A DNA stretch of 64,000 nt, from positions 5,184,001-5,248,000 of the forward strand of contig OZ241867.1 of assembly GCA_965203175.1 (NCBI GenBank). The letters are read 5' to 3'. A program made the position numbers and the translations under genes. Each line of letters opens with the position of its first letter. Positions within the stretch are counted from its first letter, which is position 1. The notes under the pieces were generated by a model. It had not been told where the DNA came from. It was given only the letters and a program-made list of their open reading frames with translations, and made no database searches. This DNA comes from Candidatus Latescibacterota bacterium. GTDB lineage: Bacteria; Latescibacterota; UBA2968; UBA8231. This document shows positions 28,256 to 37,411 of the stretch, piece by piece.

Positions 28256-29185
28256 TCAATCCAACTGGCCTTGCAAATGGCTCTTAATCCGTCCCCACGA
28301 GAGATCCTCCACGGCCGTCGGCTCGTCGGTACCTAAGCCGATCCAATCGAGCATCTGATCGCCCTTTTGGTCTTGTGCAGCGGCCGCTCCCAAGACCAGC
28401 ACATTGTGCCGGAACGGCGATGCTTCATCCGAGGCCACTGGCTCGCGGTCGTTGAACTTGGGGCCAACGTGTATTACCTGATCTTCCTCAAACACGTGGC
28501 GCACGCTCTCCTCGGGCGTCGTTGCATAGGTGTCCCACAGAGCACAGCGGAACTCCATGGTCCACGTGACATTAGTCGATCCGTGCCCGGCCCCTGACGG
28601 CAGCAGGGTCCAGCCCACTTCAAACCAAGGCGTTGGCTCGCCGTTGTATATATCCGAACTCCAGCCAATCTCTGGCAGGTCGATGTATTCGAGCTGGCTG
28701 TTGTACGCAACCGGCTGACCCGGCCCCGGATTGATGCGGAGATGGTAGCGCTGACCATTAAACACGTGGTCCAAGTTTTCGCCTAAGAAGTCGCCGCCCG
28801 AGTGATCGGCATCAAACGTGATCTGGATGATGTCATCCGACCACCAGCGCTTCTGATCGGATTCGAGCATCTTGAGCGTGTCGTCGGCCACCACAGCGTA
28901 GAAGTAGAACTGATTGTCCGGCGGCGCACTCCACGCCATCCAGAAGGCCGCGTTGAAATCCTCGCGCTCAAGCTCTTCGCCGTGCTGGCCAAACATCTGA
29001 TCTGTGGTGATGGCAAATTCCTCTCGGTCGAGCCAGTCCCAGTCGTCGTCATTGCCATCCATGACCATAGAGGCTGGGTCGGGTACCTGTGGATAAAAAT
29101 ACTCGGTCCCCACGTGCCCCCAAGCAATCGTGCTGATGAGGAACACCAAGGCTCCTCCTAAAATCATCTGTGCATGCGTTCTCAT
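28256..29185 (-). CDS. secreted hypothetical protein (CBM9/DOMON-like) with C-terminal TAVEDLSWGRIKS tag
   Basis: Signal peptide. MDGNDDDW, AWS...YFYAVVADD, DDIIQITFDADHSGG, TMEF pattern typical of CBM9-like beta-sandwiches. Confidence 0.55.
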   Translation of the reverse strand: MRTHAQMILGGALVFLISTIAWGHVGTEYFYPQVPDPASMVMDGNDDDWDWLDREEFAITTDQMFGQHGEELEREDFNAAFWMAWSAPPDNQFYFYAVVADDTLKMLESDQKRWWSDDIIQITFDADHSGGDFLGENLDHVFNGQRYHLRINPGPGQPVAYNSQLEYIDLPEIGWSSDIYNGEPTPWFEVGWTLLPSGAGHGSTNVTWTMEFRCALWDTYATTPEESVRHVFEEDQVIHVGPKFNDREPVASDEASPFRHNVLVLGAAAAQDQKGDQMLDWIGLGTDEPTAVEDLSWGRIKSHLQGQLD

Positions 29186-29354
29186 GTAATTTTCCTCGTT
29201 TTAGAGTAAAAACAACTCGATAAAAAGCATGCTGCCCGCCTTTGCTAAAGTCCCTCCTTTCTCGGCGCGCAATGAAAACGATGGTTAAACGGGTAATATA
29301 TAATATAGTCCCGTAGATCGGACAACCACAGCTATCGCTCAAGCCCCCGTTACT

Positions 29355-29602
29355 TCACGCCGCGCTTTCGTAATACGGCGACGGTACTGTTGGATAGACG
29401 CGGAACACGTGCCGGAATACGTCGTCCGTCTTGGTTCCAACGTCAGCACTACCTCGCGGTCGGAGGCGCGACCCAGCAGGCTGTTCGGGCCGAAGTCCTC
29501 GGCGTTATGGGCGTAGATGGATTCCCAGCCGAGTTGTTGCTCTAAGTAATCGGCAGTGGTCTGCTGGACGAGGGTGTCTTCGGTGTAGGGCGCGGGGGTC
29601 AT
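29355..29602 (-). pseudogene. hsdR: type I restriction endonuclease subunit R remnant (large internal deletion)
   Basis: N-terminal MTPAPYTEDTLVQQTTADYLEQQLGWES...LLGRASDREVVL is joined out of frame near 29436-29440 to TKTDDVFRHVFRVYPTVPSPYYESAA*. These resemble HsdR N- and C-termini. Confidence 0.75.
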
Positions 29603-31107
29603 GGGGTGTGCGTCAATCGTTCTCGCAACGCTTGGCCCTTGTCCGTCAACCGGTACTGCTGCTTGCCGCTTCTGGGTTTGTCGGGGATGGTCATTTCCAG
29701 CCACTCGGCATTGAGCAGAGGTTGGAGATAATTGGTCCGAAATGTCTTCGGGTGTTTCAAGCCCAGCAGAGTCATGAGCTCCCTTGCCGTGCGGGGAACA
29801 CGGCAATGCCAGATAACTTGTGCGGTAACTTGTGCGGTAACTTGTGCGGTCAAGTCCTCCAAGTTGGCCGAAAGCCTCTGTAACGTGCTGTCTGAAATGA
29901 CTTTAGGTATACTTGTACGGTCCGTGTCGGGCACTTGTGCGGTGGCACGCGGGGTATCCCGGACCTGACTTGCTTTCGACTCGATCTCGACTTCTACGGC
30001 CGGCCGCTTGAACGTCGTCGTCACCCAGTGCTCGGACACGTCGATCACCGGCTCCGGCACCCCGTGCTCTTGGCAAAGCTCCCGAATGCGCCGAATGCCC
30101 GAGCCGATATTCTCCACCGCGTCCATGCGGTACAACATGCTGAACAGCAGCGGATTGCGCGGGACGCTCTTAGTGCCCAGATCTGCTTCCTCCATCCCTG
30201 CGGGCAATCCACCTGGACTGACGATTTCGATCCGGTCTTTGAAGACGTAAATCTGGACGTTCGCGGTCGAGCGGTAGTCGCGGTGGGCAACGGCATTCGC
30301 CACCGCTTCCCGCAGGGCCTCTTCGGGCAATTCCGGCCGTTCCTCCCGCCTCACGTGCTTGATGATGTACTCGACATTGATTTTGGTGAGAATCCAAGCG
30401 ACTACTTCGTCTATCATCGTCGGAATGTCGCTATGGAAGTCCCGCCGATCGAGAATTCTCACCTTCTCGGTCCCCATGAACAGGGCACAGGACACGTGGG
30501 CACTGGTCGTGAACCTCCGAATGTCTCGTGCCAGAAGCCATGCTCCGGCGTAGGTCATGCGGTCTTGTGCATCCACTAGGCCGAGGTTGCGGAGGGCCAC
30601 GAGCCGCTCCATGGCCGCTGGAATTTTGGCGCGTTCACTAAACCGCGCCCAAGTCTCGTCATCAAGGTCGCTTTCCATGGAGAAAATCTCACAGGGCTTT
30701 TTGTCAAAATGAAGACGCCCAACCGCGTAGAACAGGTTTTCCACTTCCTCATTCGACATCTGCTGACTATTCGCCCCGTCGCGTATGAAGAATCGTCCGC
30801 CAAACGAGTAGGGCTTGCGCTCCTGCGGCGGCAGGACCACGCACAAGACCTCACCGACGCTCTCGACTTCCACCGAGATCGGCGGATCCGCCGACCGTGC
30901 AGTGCTTTGCACCCTCGACTTTAGCTGATTGTGGTCGGCTACACCAACGATCTCCCCGACATCCGAGACCCCGAGCATGATCACTCCGCCGGTAGCATTG
31001 GCGAAGGCGCACATCTCCCGTCCGAGGTCGGAAGGCATGGCCCGCTTGAACTCGGTGGTGAAGCCTTCGCCGAGGGAGATGAGGTCGGAGAGGGATTGGG
31101 GGTTCAT
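29599..31107 (-). CDS. AlbA_2 (Schlafen-like) + HATPase_c_4 (RecG-C-like) + C-terminal winged-HTH protein
   Basis: GEGFTTEFK, CAFANATGG..MLGVSD.G, LREAVANAVAHRDY, RIEIVSPGGL, RNPLL, GSGI, C-terminal YLQPLL..TIPDKP.S..QQY.LT.KG. Confidence 0.88.
   Translation of the reverse strand: MNPQSLSDLISLGEGFTTEFKRAMPSDLGREMCAFANATGGVIMLGVSDVGEIVGVADHNQLKSRVQSTARSADPPISVEVESVGEVLCVVLPPQERKPYSFGGRFFIRDGANSQQMSNEEVENLFYAVGRLHFDKKPCEIFSMESDLDDETWARFSERAKIPAAMERLVALRNLGLVDAQDRMTYAGAWLLARDIRRFTTSAHVSCALFMGTEKVRILDRRDFHSDIPTMIDEVVAWILTKINVEYIIKHVRREERPELPEEALREAVANAVAHRDYRSTANVQIYVFKDRIEIVSPGGLPAGMEEADLGTKSVPRNPLLFSMLYRMDAVENIGSGIRRIRELCQEHGVPEPVIDVSEHWVTTTFKRPAVEVEIESKASQVRDTPRATAQVPDTDRTSIPKVISDSTLQRLSANLEDLTAQVTAQVTAQVIWHCRVPRTARELMTLLGLKHPKTFRTNYLQPLLNAEWLEMTIPDKPRSGKQQYRLTDKGQALRERLTHTP
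29814..29850. repeat. 3 x 12-bp tandem repeat (AACTTGTGCGGT) encoding TAQV repeats
   Basis: Read directly from the sequence. A degenerate copy lies near 29934. Confidence 0.85.
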
Positions 31108-31167
31108 ATCAGCGGCCCTAAGTTTGTGCAGGCCCCTCTTGCCCAATTTGGGCAGCAAGCTGCTGCA

Positions 31168-31371
31168 CTATTTCTCCTTCTTCTCCTCGTACATATCCGG
31201 CTCCGGTTCAATTTCAATGACCTCGCCGTCTCGCATGACCACTACCCCGGTCTTGTGCTGCTGCGCGATTTTGTGCGCATGTCTAGCTGCTCGGTATAAC
31301 GCAATGGGGACAGCCTGCATATCGGGATCATCAAGTTTAGAGATGGGGATTGGTTGCTTCGACTCTTTCAT
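31168..31371 (-). CDS. small hypothetical protein (67 aa)
   Basis: AAGGAG RBS. ALYRAAR..A.....GVVVMRDGEVIEI pattern seen in small accessory-locus proteins. Confidence 0.6.
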   Translation of the reverse strand: MKESKQPIPISKLDDPDMQAVPIALYRAARHAHKIAQQHKTGVVVMRDGEVIEIEPEPDMYEEKKEK

Positions 31372-31431
31372 GGGTTCTCTCCTTCATCTACCAGTATAGG
31401 AGTAGTACCGCTGTTATCAAACCGCTTCCAA

Positions 31432-31833
31432 TCAGCGAACCCAGTTTTCCAGCATGAGCCCCGGAACTTTTTCAAACTCTTTTACATTATTGCTCACCAA
31501 AACCAGCCCGGACGCACGCGCCTGACCCGCGATCATCATATCGTAGGGGCCAATCGGAGCACCAATGCGATACAGTTCTGCACGGATTCGGCCAAAATGG
31601 CTGGCTGCAACTTGGTCAAACGGCACGATCTCAAGCCTAGTGCCCAGCGATTCAATATCCGCCAAGTTGCGCTCGGGCTGGGCGGAGCGTTCAACGCCAT
31701 AGACAAGTTCGCCCCAAGTTACGGAAGAAATCGCCATCTGACCTTGCGACCGATTGAATTTTTGCCGCAGCGACTGGGGGCGGTTCTTGATGGCATAAAT
31801 CACCACATTGGTATCTAGCAGATACCTGAGCAT
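31432..31833 (-). CDS. vapC: type II TA toxin VapC (PIN domain)
   Basis: YLLDTNVVI, ELVYG, IGPYDMMIAGQA, LVSNNVKEF. TGATG overlap with vapB. Confidence 0.93.
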   Translation of the reverse strand: MLRYLLDTNVVIYAIKNRPQSLRQKFNRSQGQMAISSVTWGELVYGVERSAQPERNLADIESLGTRLEIVPFDQVAASHFGRIRAELYRIGAPIGPYDMMIAGQARASGLVLVSNNVKEFEKVPGLMLENWVR

Positions 31834-32069
31834 CACAGTTTTTCCCGCTGTGCATCGGCCGGCTGTTCCCTTACCGACATAAAATCATCTGAAACACCGG
31901 GGCCGTTGAACCACTCATCCCAACTCTCGCCAGCAGGCGTGATAACGCGCTTTGACCCTATCGCGACGATATCGACCTCGCGCACTGATTCCGGCAGTTC
32001 AACGGCCTTGGGCAGCCGCACCGCCTGGCTCTTGTTGCTCATAAAAACTTTCGTGTGTGCCGTCGCCAT
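31833..32069 (-). CDS. vapB: type II TA antitoxin VapB (AbrB-type)
   Basis: TKVFMSNKSQAVRLPKAV...RVITP..SWDEWF....SDDFM..REQP. GAGG RBS before ATG at 32069. Confidence 0.92.
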   Translation of the reverse strand: MATAHTKVFMSNKSQAVRLPKAVELPESVREVDIVAIGSKRVITPAGESWDEWFNGPGVSDDFMSVREQPADAQREKL

Positions 32070-32093
32070 ACTATGACCTCGCTTCAATTTGAA

Positions 32094-32118
32094 TTGGATA
32101 TACAATAAGGATATACAA
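32094..32118. promoter_or_regulatory. putative VapBC autoregulatory operator pair
   Basis: Two GGATATACAA copies (32096-32105, 32109-32118), each an imperfect palindrome, directly upstream of vapB. Confidence 0.55.
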
Positions 32119-32261
32119 AAGTGGCAAAGGCGCAAATCTCTCGCCCGAGGTCGGCGAGGGATGCAGGGTCCCCTTACTGCGCCAAGGAATTTGTGCAACG
32201 GTGCGTTGCACAATTGTGCGGTCCGGCGATGATAATAATTTTCCGGTCGGCGTCTCTCTCC

Positions 32262-33734
32262 TCACATCCCCACCGCAAACACCTTCGCCCGCCCTATGTG
32301 CAGGCGAATGGCCACCTGTCTGCCGCGCAATGCCGACAAATCGCTGCTCCCCCGCCACGTCGCCACCCTAGCCAACTCGTCTCCAGCCAGTAAGTCGGCC
32401 TCCTCTACCCCAAAGCCTTCTATAGCCTGCACCGGCGCGGCTGGCGAAGCAGGCGGCTCGACCAGCTCGGCCTTGATCCAACCGCCTTCCCTTTGCGTCT
32501 GAAAATTGAGCGTCAGCTCGCGGCCCTCGCACTCGCGTTCGACCAGCGTTACGCGTCCCTCCACCGGCGCTTCAAGCGCTACCAGCCGATCCCGCTTCCA
32601 AGTAGCCCAGCGCCATTCCGCGGGGCGGTCCGGATCGTACCGCTCTCCCCAGTCGTGCAAGTCGTACTGCCCAATGAACATCACGCCCCACGTCTCCGAG
32701 TCGAGCGGGACCATTTCCGGGAAGGCAAACATCATGCCGTACCCTTCGGGATCAGGGGAGATAATGGGCTTGCGCTCGGGCCGACTCCACAGCAAGCCGT
32801 CGCGGCTAGTCGCCAATTGCACATCTACCGTGGCCGTCCAGCGGTGGTACATGGCTGGGAACATCAGGTGGAAGCCACCGTGGGGATAGCGGCAATAACC
32901 CGCCGCGTACACGTCGTCGTCTATGGGATCTTGCGGATCCGCGCCGAATACCGGACGCGGCGGCGACCACTTGCCAAACTCCGTGCCCTCGGTGCGACGC
33001 ACGATGCGGCGGCGGTCTTGATGGCCGCGCAAATAGGCCACGTACTGACCAGCTTCCGCGTCGTACGCAGCGATGTTGTGGCTGTCGAGTCCGGTGCGGC
33101 CCACGTTCAAAAGCGGCTCCTCCAAGAAGGTCCACTGCTTGCCATCGGGCGACACCGCACCTTTGAGCAAGCCGACAAAATACAAGGCTTCGGCCCGCTG
33201 CTCTGGCGTGTAGCCAGCCTCTTGCATGGCGCGGCGAATGGCCCACTTGCGCTCCCGCGTCATCGCGGGCACCGGCACGCCCTCGTGATAGGTAATAGAA
33301 TCGCGCGCCATGGCCTTGTAGCGAGCCTCCGGCGGGGCCACGGGATCCACAAACACGGATTGCAGCCCAAAATCGCCGAAGCGGAAGAGCAGGTTGTTGT
33401 CTGTGCTGCCATCGTACTCTTGCAAATGCAGGGCCGGTCGCTCCCAACAAAAACCGTCCGCGCTCTCGGCGTACGCAATGAAGGGAGGTTGGTTGTCGCC
33501 AACGCCGCGGGCGATGTACCACATCTTCAACACGCCACCGTCGCAAAGCACAGCTTGCGGCGTCAGACCGCCCTCCTCCCAAGGGTGCTCAGGCTTGATA
33601 AAGACCGGAGATTTACTCGCCTCCTGCACGGCCAAGCGCACGCCGACCGGTGGGTCTTGCACCCAAGCTTGGCCACCTTCGATACCAGCTTGGCCGGCCC
33701 ATACGCCATACCAATCGAGAAAGGGCTGCAGCAT
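32262..33734 (-). CDS. hypothetical protein, GH32/GH43-like beta-propeller
   Basis: PWE, KMWY, YAESADG..WERP, RYKAM, SPDG.QW, DSHN, QLATSRDGLLW, RDRLVAL. Paralogue of 12498-13958. Confidence 0.6.
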   Translation of the reverse strand: MLQPFLDWYGVWAGQAGIEGGQAWVQDPPVGVRLAVQEASKSPVFIKPEHPWEEGGLTPQAVLCDGGVLKMWYIARGVGDNQPPFIAYAESADGFCWERPALHLQEYDGSTDNNLLFRFGDFGLQSVFVDPVAPPEARYKAMARDSITYHEGVPVPAMTRERKWAIRRAMQEAGYTPEQRAEALYFVGLLKGAVSPDGKQWTFLEEPLLNVGRTGLDSHNIAAYDAEAGQYVAYLRGHQDRRRIVRRTEGTEFGKWSPPRPVFGADPQDPIDDDVYAAGYCRYPHGGFHLMFPAMYHRWTATVDVQLATSRDGLLWSRPERKPIISPDPEGYGMMFAFPEMVPLDSETWGVMFIGQYDLHDWGERYDPDRPAEWRWATWKRDRLVALEAPVEGRVTLVERECEGRELTLNFQTQREGGWIKAELVEPPASPAAPVQAIEGFGVEEADLLAGDELARVATWRGSSDLSALRGRQVAIRLHIGRAKVFAVGM

Positions 33735-33737
33735 GGC

Positions 33738-34400
33738 TTAGGTCGGCCAGTTTTGGTGGGCCAAAAGGCGCAAGCGGTCTGTTTCGCTCAGGTGCTGCTT
33801 GATTTCTCCTGCGAACTCCGCCAAGGTCTGCTCCACTGTGGCGTCGGACGTGTCGAGGGCAAATTTCTTGCGGATCAGCGAATCGCGGAACTCTTCCTCA
33901 AAGCGCTGCAACACGTGCTCGATGTCCTTTTCCTGCACCACCGGCCGTTCGTGCGGCTGCTCGCGCATGCGCTGGGCAATGACTTCGGGACGCGCGCGCA
34001 GCAGCACGAGTACTGTGTCGGGCGCGTGCTGCATAACCTCCTCGTCGAAGGAACGAGCCAGTGCGGCGCGGTCGCCGTATTCGCCCCGGCCCCCGTAGCC
34101 GTAGTACAGGGGCGCGTACACGGCCTCCTCAATGTGGAAACCCACCAAGTTGTGGTCCGGGTCGCTGTAAAAGGCGGAATGAAAGTGGTAGTTCATCATG
34201 TAGCGCTGGAACATCTCCTTCAGCCGCGGGCTGAGGGCCAGCAGTTGCTCCTGCTCCTCTACGGGGAACTCATTGCACGGCAGGCTGAAGTGATCGTGGA
34301 ACGTGCGCGACGAGCCAAAGGTGCGCTCGATCCAACCGACGATGGCGTTGGCCAAAGTCGTCTTGCCAGCGTATTCGCAACCTACGAGAATCAGTTTCAT
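33738..34400 (-). CDS. P-loop NMP-kinase-like protein (thymidylate kinase-like fold)
   Basis: LILVGCEYAGKTT Walker A, VLVLLRA.PEVIAQRM lid motif, LDTSD. AGGAG RBS. Confidence 0.65.
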   Translation of the reverse strand: MKLILVGCEYAGKTTLANAIVGWIERTFGSSRTFHDHFSLPCNEFPVEEQEQLLALSPRLKEMFQRYMMNYHFHSAFYSDPDHNLVGFHIEEAVYAPLYYGYGGRGEYGDRAALARSFDEEVMQHAPDTVLVLLRARPEVIAQRMREQPHERPVVQEKDIEHVLQRFEEEFRDSLIRKKFALDTSDATVEQTLAEFAGEIKQHLSETDRLRLLAHQNWPT

Positions 34401-34510
34401 ATTCCGTTCTCCTGCGCCTGAACGGCGCTAATTGAGGTCGTGGTTTCGCGTGATAATGCCATAATATAGCGCCAAGAACGGGTCGGACCTAAGAGCCCCG
34501 GTGGCGGGCG

Positions 34511-35848
34511 TTAGCCCTCAGCGCACGGCAAGTCGAGCACCAATTCTTTGCCCGCTTTGAATAAATCGTGCAGATGCACATAGCGGAACAGAGAGCTTCT
34601 GCCTGTCAGGTGGAGATTCTCAAAGGTCTGGAAGTAGGCAACGAGGCGTTCTACATGCTCGGCCAACCCCACTTCGAGCACGGGATAGGCAAAGGGCAAT
34701 TTGTAGGTTGCAAAACATACGACTTCGCCTTCCGCAATCGGCTTTACGCGCTGCAACGCTTCCCATACAGAGCGGCGCAACGCCTCTGCCGACATATTCC
34801 ACACGGCATCTTCGCGAAAACAGGGCAGTTCGAGCACAATGGCTGTTTGCCCCTCGGGTGCCATGTGGCGGCTGCGATTTTTGGGTTCGTACAGGCGCGT
34901 AAACGGGAACTCTGCGCCGGGAAAATAGAGCGAGGCATTGGGCGAAAAACAGGGGCGAGCCAAACCGAACACGCAAAGAATCAGATTGCGGTATTTAATC
35001 GCATTGGCCGAGGTCAACAATTCCGGCGGCGGCGGGGGATCCAGCATCTTCGCCGAAAGGGTCAGCGGCAGCGTATTGACGACAGTGGATACCTCCACTT
35101 CCGAGTCGTCGTTCAGGACGACGCGGTCCAATCGCCCGCGCGAATGCACCAGCCGACTCACCCGACTATTGAGCCGAATCCGCTTGCTGCCGATGAATTC
35201 GCTCATCTTATCGACGATCATGCCAATCCCGTACTTGGGGTACAGGAAAGAGCCGTCCAAATGGCCCGGACGGACGGCCTTGCCTAATAGAACCTCCCGC
35301 ACAAAACTGGCCAGATTCAGACCTTTCATCCGCCCTCCTGATACATCCGTGGAAAGTTGGTGCGGATCGGCCCCCCACAATTTTTTTGAATAGTTGAGCA
35401 AAAAGAGATTGGCCAGCGTCCGGCCGTACTGATTCAGGGCGAATTCCCCAAAATTCGCCGCTGGCTTGCGGGATTTTACGCGCAGGTTCTCGGCGGCAAT
35501 TTGCAACAGGATTTTGCGGTCAAGTCGTTTGACCAGATTGCCCATTTGCAGGGGAAAGCTGAAAAATTCGTCTCGAAAAAAAATCTCGCTCGGCGCTGCG
35601 ACATCAGAAAGCTCGTCGCCCAAAAGCCCCTTGATCTCGCAGGTGACCTCCGAGTCTTTATCGTGCAGGCGATGGGCACCGGTATCAAACAGAAACTCGC
35701 CCAAGCGCAGCGTGCGGCAATTGCCCCCTGGCTGAGCACCGGCTTCAAAAAGCAAAAAGTCCAAGCCGCGCTTTTTGGCGTAATACCCAGCAGCCAAGCC
35801 AGCCGGGCCACCTCCTAAGATGTGTATGTCGGCGTCGAGTGTTTTCAT
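34511..35848 (-). CDS. FAD-dependent oxidoreductase (HemY/UDP-galactopyranose mutase-like, surface-glycan associated)
   Basis: ILGGGPAGLAAG, EA...GG, FDTGAH, FLYPKYGIG, AYPV, GR...F.Y. Confidence 0.8.
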   Translation of the reverse strand: MKTLDADIHILGGGPAGLAAGYYAKKRGLDFLLFEAGAQPGGNCRTLRLGEFLFDTGAHRLHDKDSEVTCEIKGLLGDELSDVAAPSEIFFRDEFFSFPLQMGNLVKRLDRKILLQIAAENLRVKSRKPAANFGEFALNQYGRTLANLFLLNYSKKLWGADPHQLSTDVSGGRMKGLNLASFVREVLLGKAVRPGHLDGSFLYPKYGIGMIVDKMSEFIGSKRIRLNSRVSRLVHSRGRLDRVVLNDDSEVEVSTVVNTLPLTLSAKMLDPPPPPELLTSANAIKYRNLILCVFGLARPCFSPNASLYFPGAEFPFTRLYEPKNRSRHMAPEGQTAIVLELPCFREDAVWNMSAEALRRSVWEALQRVKPIAEGEVVCFATYKLPFAYPVLEVGLAEHVERLVAYFQTFENLHLTGRSSLFRYVHLHDLFKAGKELVLDLPCAEG

Positions 35849-35866
35849 GCAGAGTGCGCAGGTGAA

Positions 35867-37291
35867 TTAATACTCGTACACTGTGAGTTCCGGCCACATG
35901 CGGTTGACATACGGGTTGTGGTAAAACGTCTTAGTCGCGCTCGGCGCTCGATCTTGCAATGGACTGCCGATGACCACTAACTCGGCTGTATCGTCGAGTG
36001 CGTCGAGCGCGTGCAAATCGCCCTGGGCTCTAATAGGCATATAGACGGCCCGCAGTGCTTGGGAGGCCAGATAGTATTTGATCAGAGGCACCGATGCAAT
36101 GTGCAAGGCGTCGCTTTTTTTTGCCGCGAGGTATTGGTGTATCTGGGCGATAGCCGTGGGCTTTTTGTGCTGGACGACTAAATGCAAGGTCACATAGCCA
36201 TAGCAGAAAAAAAAGGCGATTACAACTAAGCGAAAAAACCGATGGCCCTGGGTGGCGATCTGGGCACAGGCAAAAGCTGGGATGAGCGCCAAAAAGGGCA
36301 CTAGCGGCAAGACGTGCCGGCTTTTGTGCACCACATTTTGAAAGAGGAAAATCCAGCCCAAATAGAGGACGCAACCTATAAACGGCGCACTCAGCAATAC
36401 CGAGCGGTCCGCCCGCTGCACCAAGGCGCGCCAATTGGTCGCCAGAATACCGAGCAGCGCAACGGTAGTACAGACCGTCACTACATGGCGTCCCTCCCAA
36501 TAGAGTCCAAAACCATCGGCCCATATGCTCTCGAACAGTCCAAGCGACCGCAAGGCAAAATCGGACTCAGTGGCAACCGTGCCGCCAAAATCGGCGAAGT
36601 GGCCCTGCGTCTGCGTCTGCGCCGCCTTTGTCAACTCGCTCCAGCCGGTAATCGCAATTAAGGGGATCAGCCAGACGGCGACACCAGCCGCACCAGCAGC
36701 GACGAATTGCAATCGCGGTCCTCGTTCCTTCAACCTCAGCAACAAAGGCACCAACAACATGGGCGCATAAGAAAGGCGCACCCCGAGCGAGATCCCCGCA
36801 ATAAAAAATCCCAACCTCGCTTTGCCCGACCCTTGCTTGGTGGCAAAATAGCAACACGCCAAAACACAGGCGACGCCCATGGCATCGGGCATATAGCGAT
36901 TGCTCATCAGCCACAACAGCGGATTGAAGAATAGCAGCAAGACGGCAATAAGGCCCAAGGGCGTGGTGATTTTAACCTGAGCAATGCCGAGCGCGAAATA
37001 GATTATGCCGAAGGTCGCTACGCCGCCCAGCACTGCAAACGCCACAGCATAGCGGTCGGTGAGTGAGTACACCACCTTGGCGAAAAAGCAAAAGACTGGA
37101 TAGGCTGGGAAGTGAGGTTGTAATTTGGTTACGTCGTAATCGACTACCCCTAAGGCAAAGCGCAAACTGTCCAGGTCTTCTATATAGTACACGGCGCTCA
37201 TAAGCCGCGATCCCAGACAAAGGATCAGCACTGCACCCCATACCTTGCGCTCGGTCACGCTTCGCTTGCTCCTAAAAAGGGAATCTGCCAT
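35867..37291 (-). CDS. polytopic membrane protein, GT-C-fold glycosyltransferase-like
   Basis: After TM1: EDLDSLRFALG..DYD....QPHFPAYPVF. NPLLW, RHVLPL, about 10 TM segments. Confidence 0.55.
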   Translation of the reverse strand: MADSLFRSKRSVTERKVWGAVLILCLGSRLMSAVYYIEDLDSLRFALGVVDYDVTKLQPHFPAYPVFCFFAKVVYSLTDRYAVAFAVLGGVATFGIIYFALGIAQVKITTPLGLIAVLLLFFNPLLWLMSNRYMPDAMGVACVLACCYFATKQGSGKARLGFFIAGISLGVRLSYAPMLLVPLLLRLKERGPRLQFVAAGAAGVAVWLIPLIAITGWSELTKAAQTQTQGHFADFGGTVATESDFALRSLGLFESIWADGFGLYWEGRHVVTVCTTVALLGILATNWRALVQRADRSVLLSAPFIGCVLYLGWIFLFQNVVHKSRHVLPLVPFLALIPAFACAQIATQGHRFFRLVVIAFFFCYGYVTLHLVVQHKKPTAIAQIHQYLAAKKSDALHIASVPLIKYYLASQALRAVYMPIRAQGDLHALDALDDTAELVVIGSPLQDRAPSATKTFYHNPYVNRMWPELTVYEY

Positions 37292-37329
37292 GACGAAATC
37301 TAATAAGCTAGCTGGAAATTCCGGTTGGC

Positions 37330-37371
37330 AAATACAAACGCGGCGATTGGCTCAACGCCGACCGCCGCGCT
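37330..37371 (-). terminator. probable Rho-independent terminator after the DUF4856 gene
   Basis: Minus strand GCGGCGGTCGGC-loop-GCCAATCGCCGC followed by GTTTGTATTT. Confidence 0.5.
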
Positions 37372-37411
37372 TGCGGTTACACCGTCCCCGTGGGGTTTTG
37401 TAAATAACCGT

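Noticed and set aside
29339-29806. 155-aa ORF as a real gene
   Set aside because: Its first half overlaps the AlbA_2 gene in another frame, and its tail is out-of-frame read-through past the hsdR deletion junction.
32493-34421. 642-aa plus-strand ORF
   Set aside because: Antisense shadow of two motif-bearing minus-strand genes, with no recognisable motifs. Long shadow ORFs are expected at high GC.
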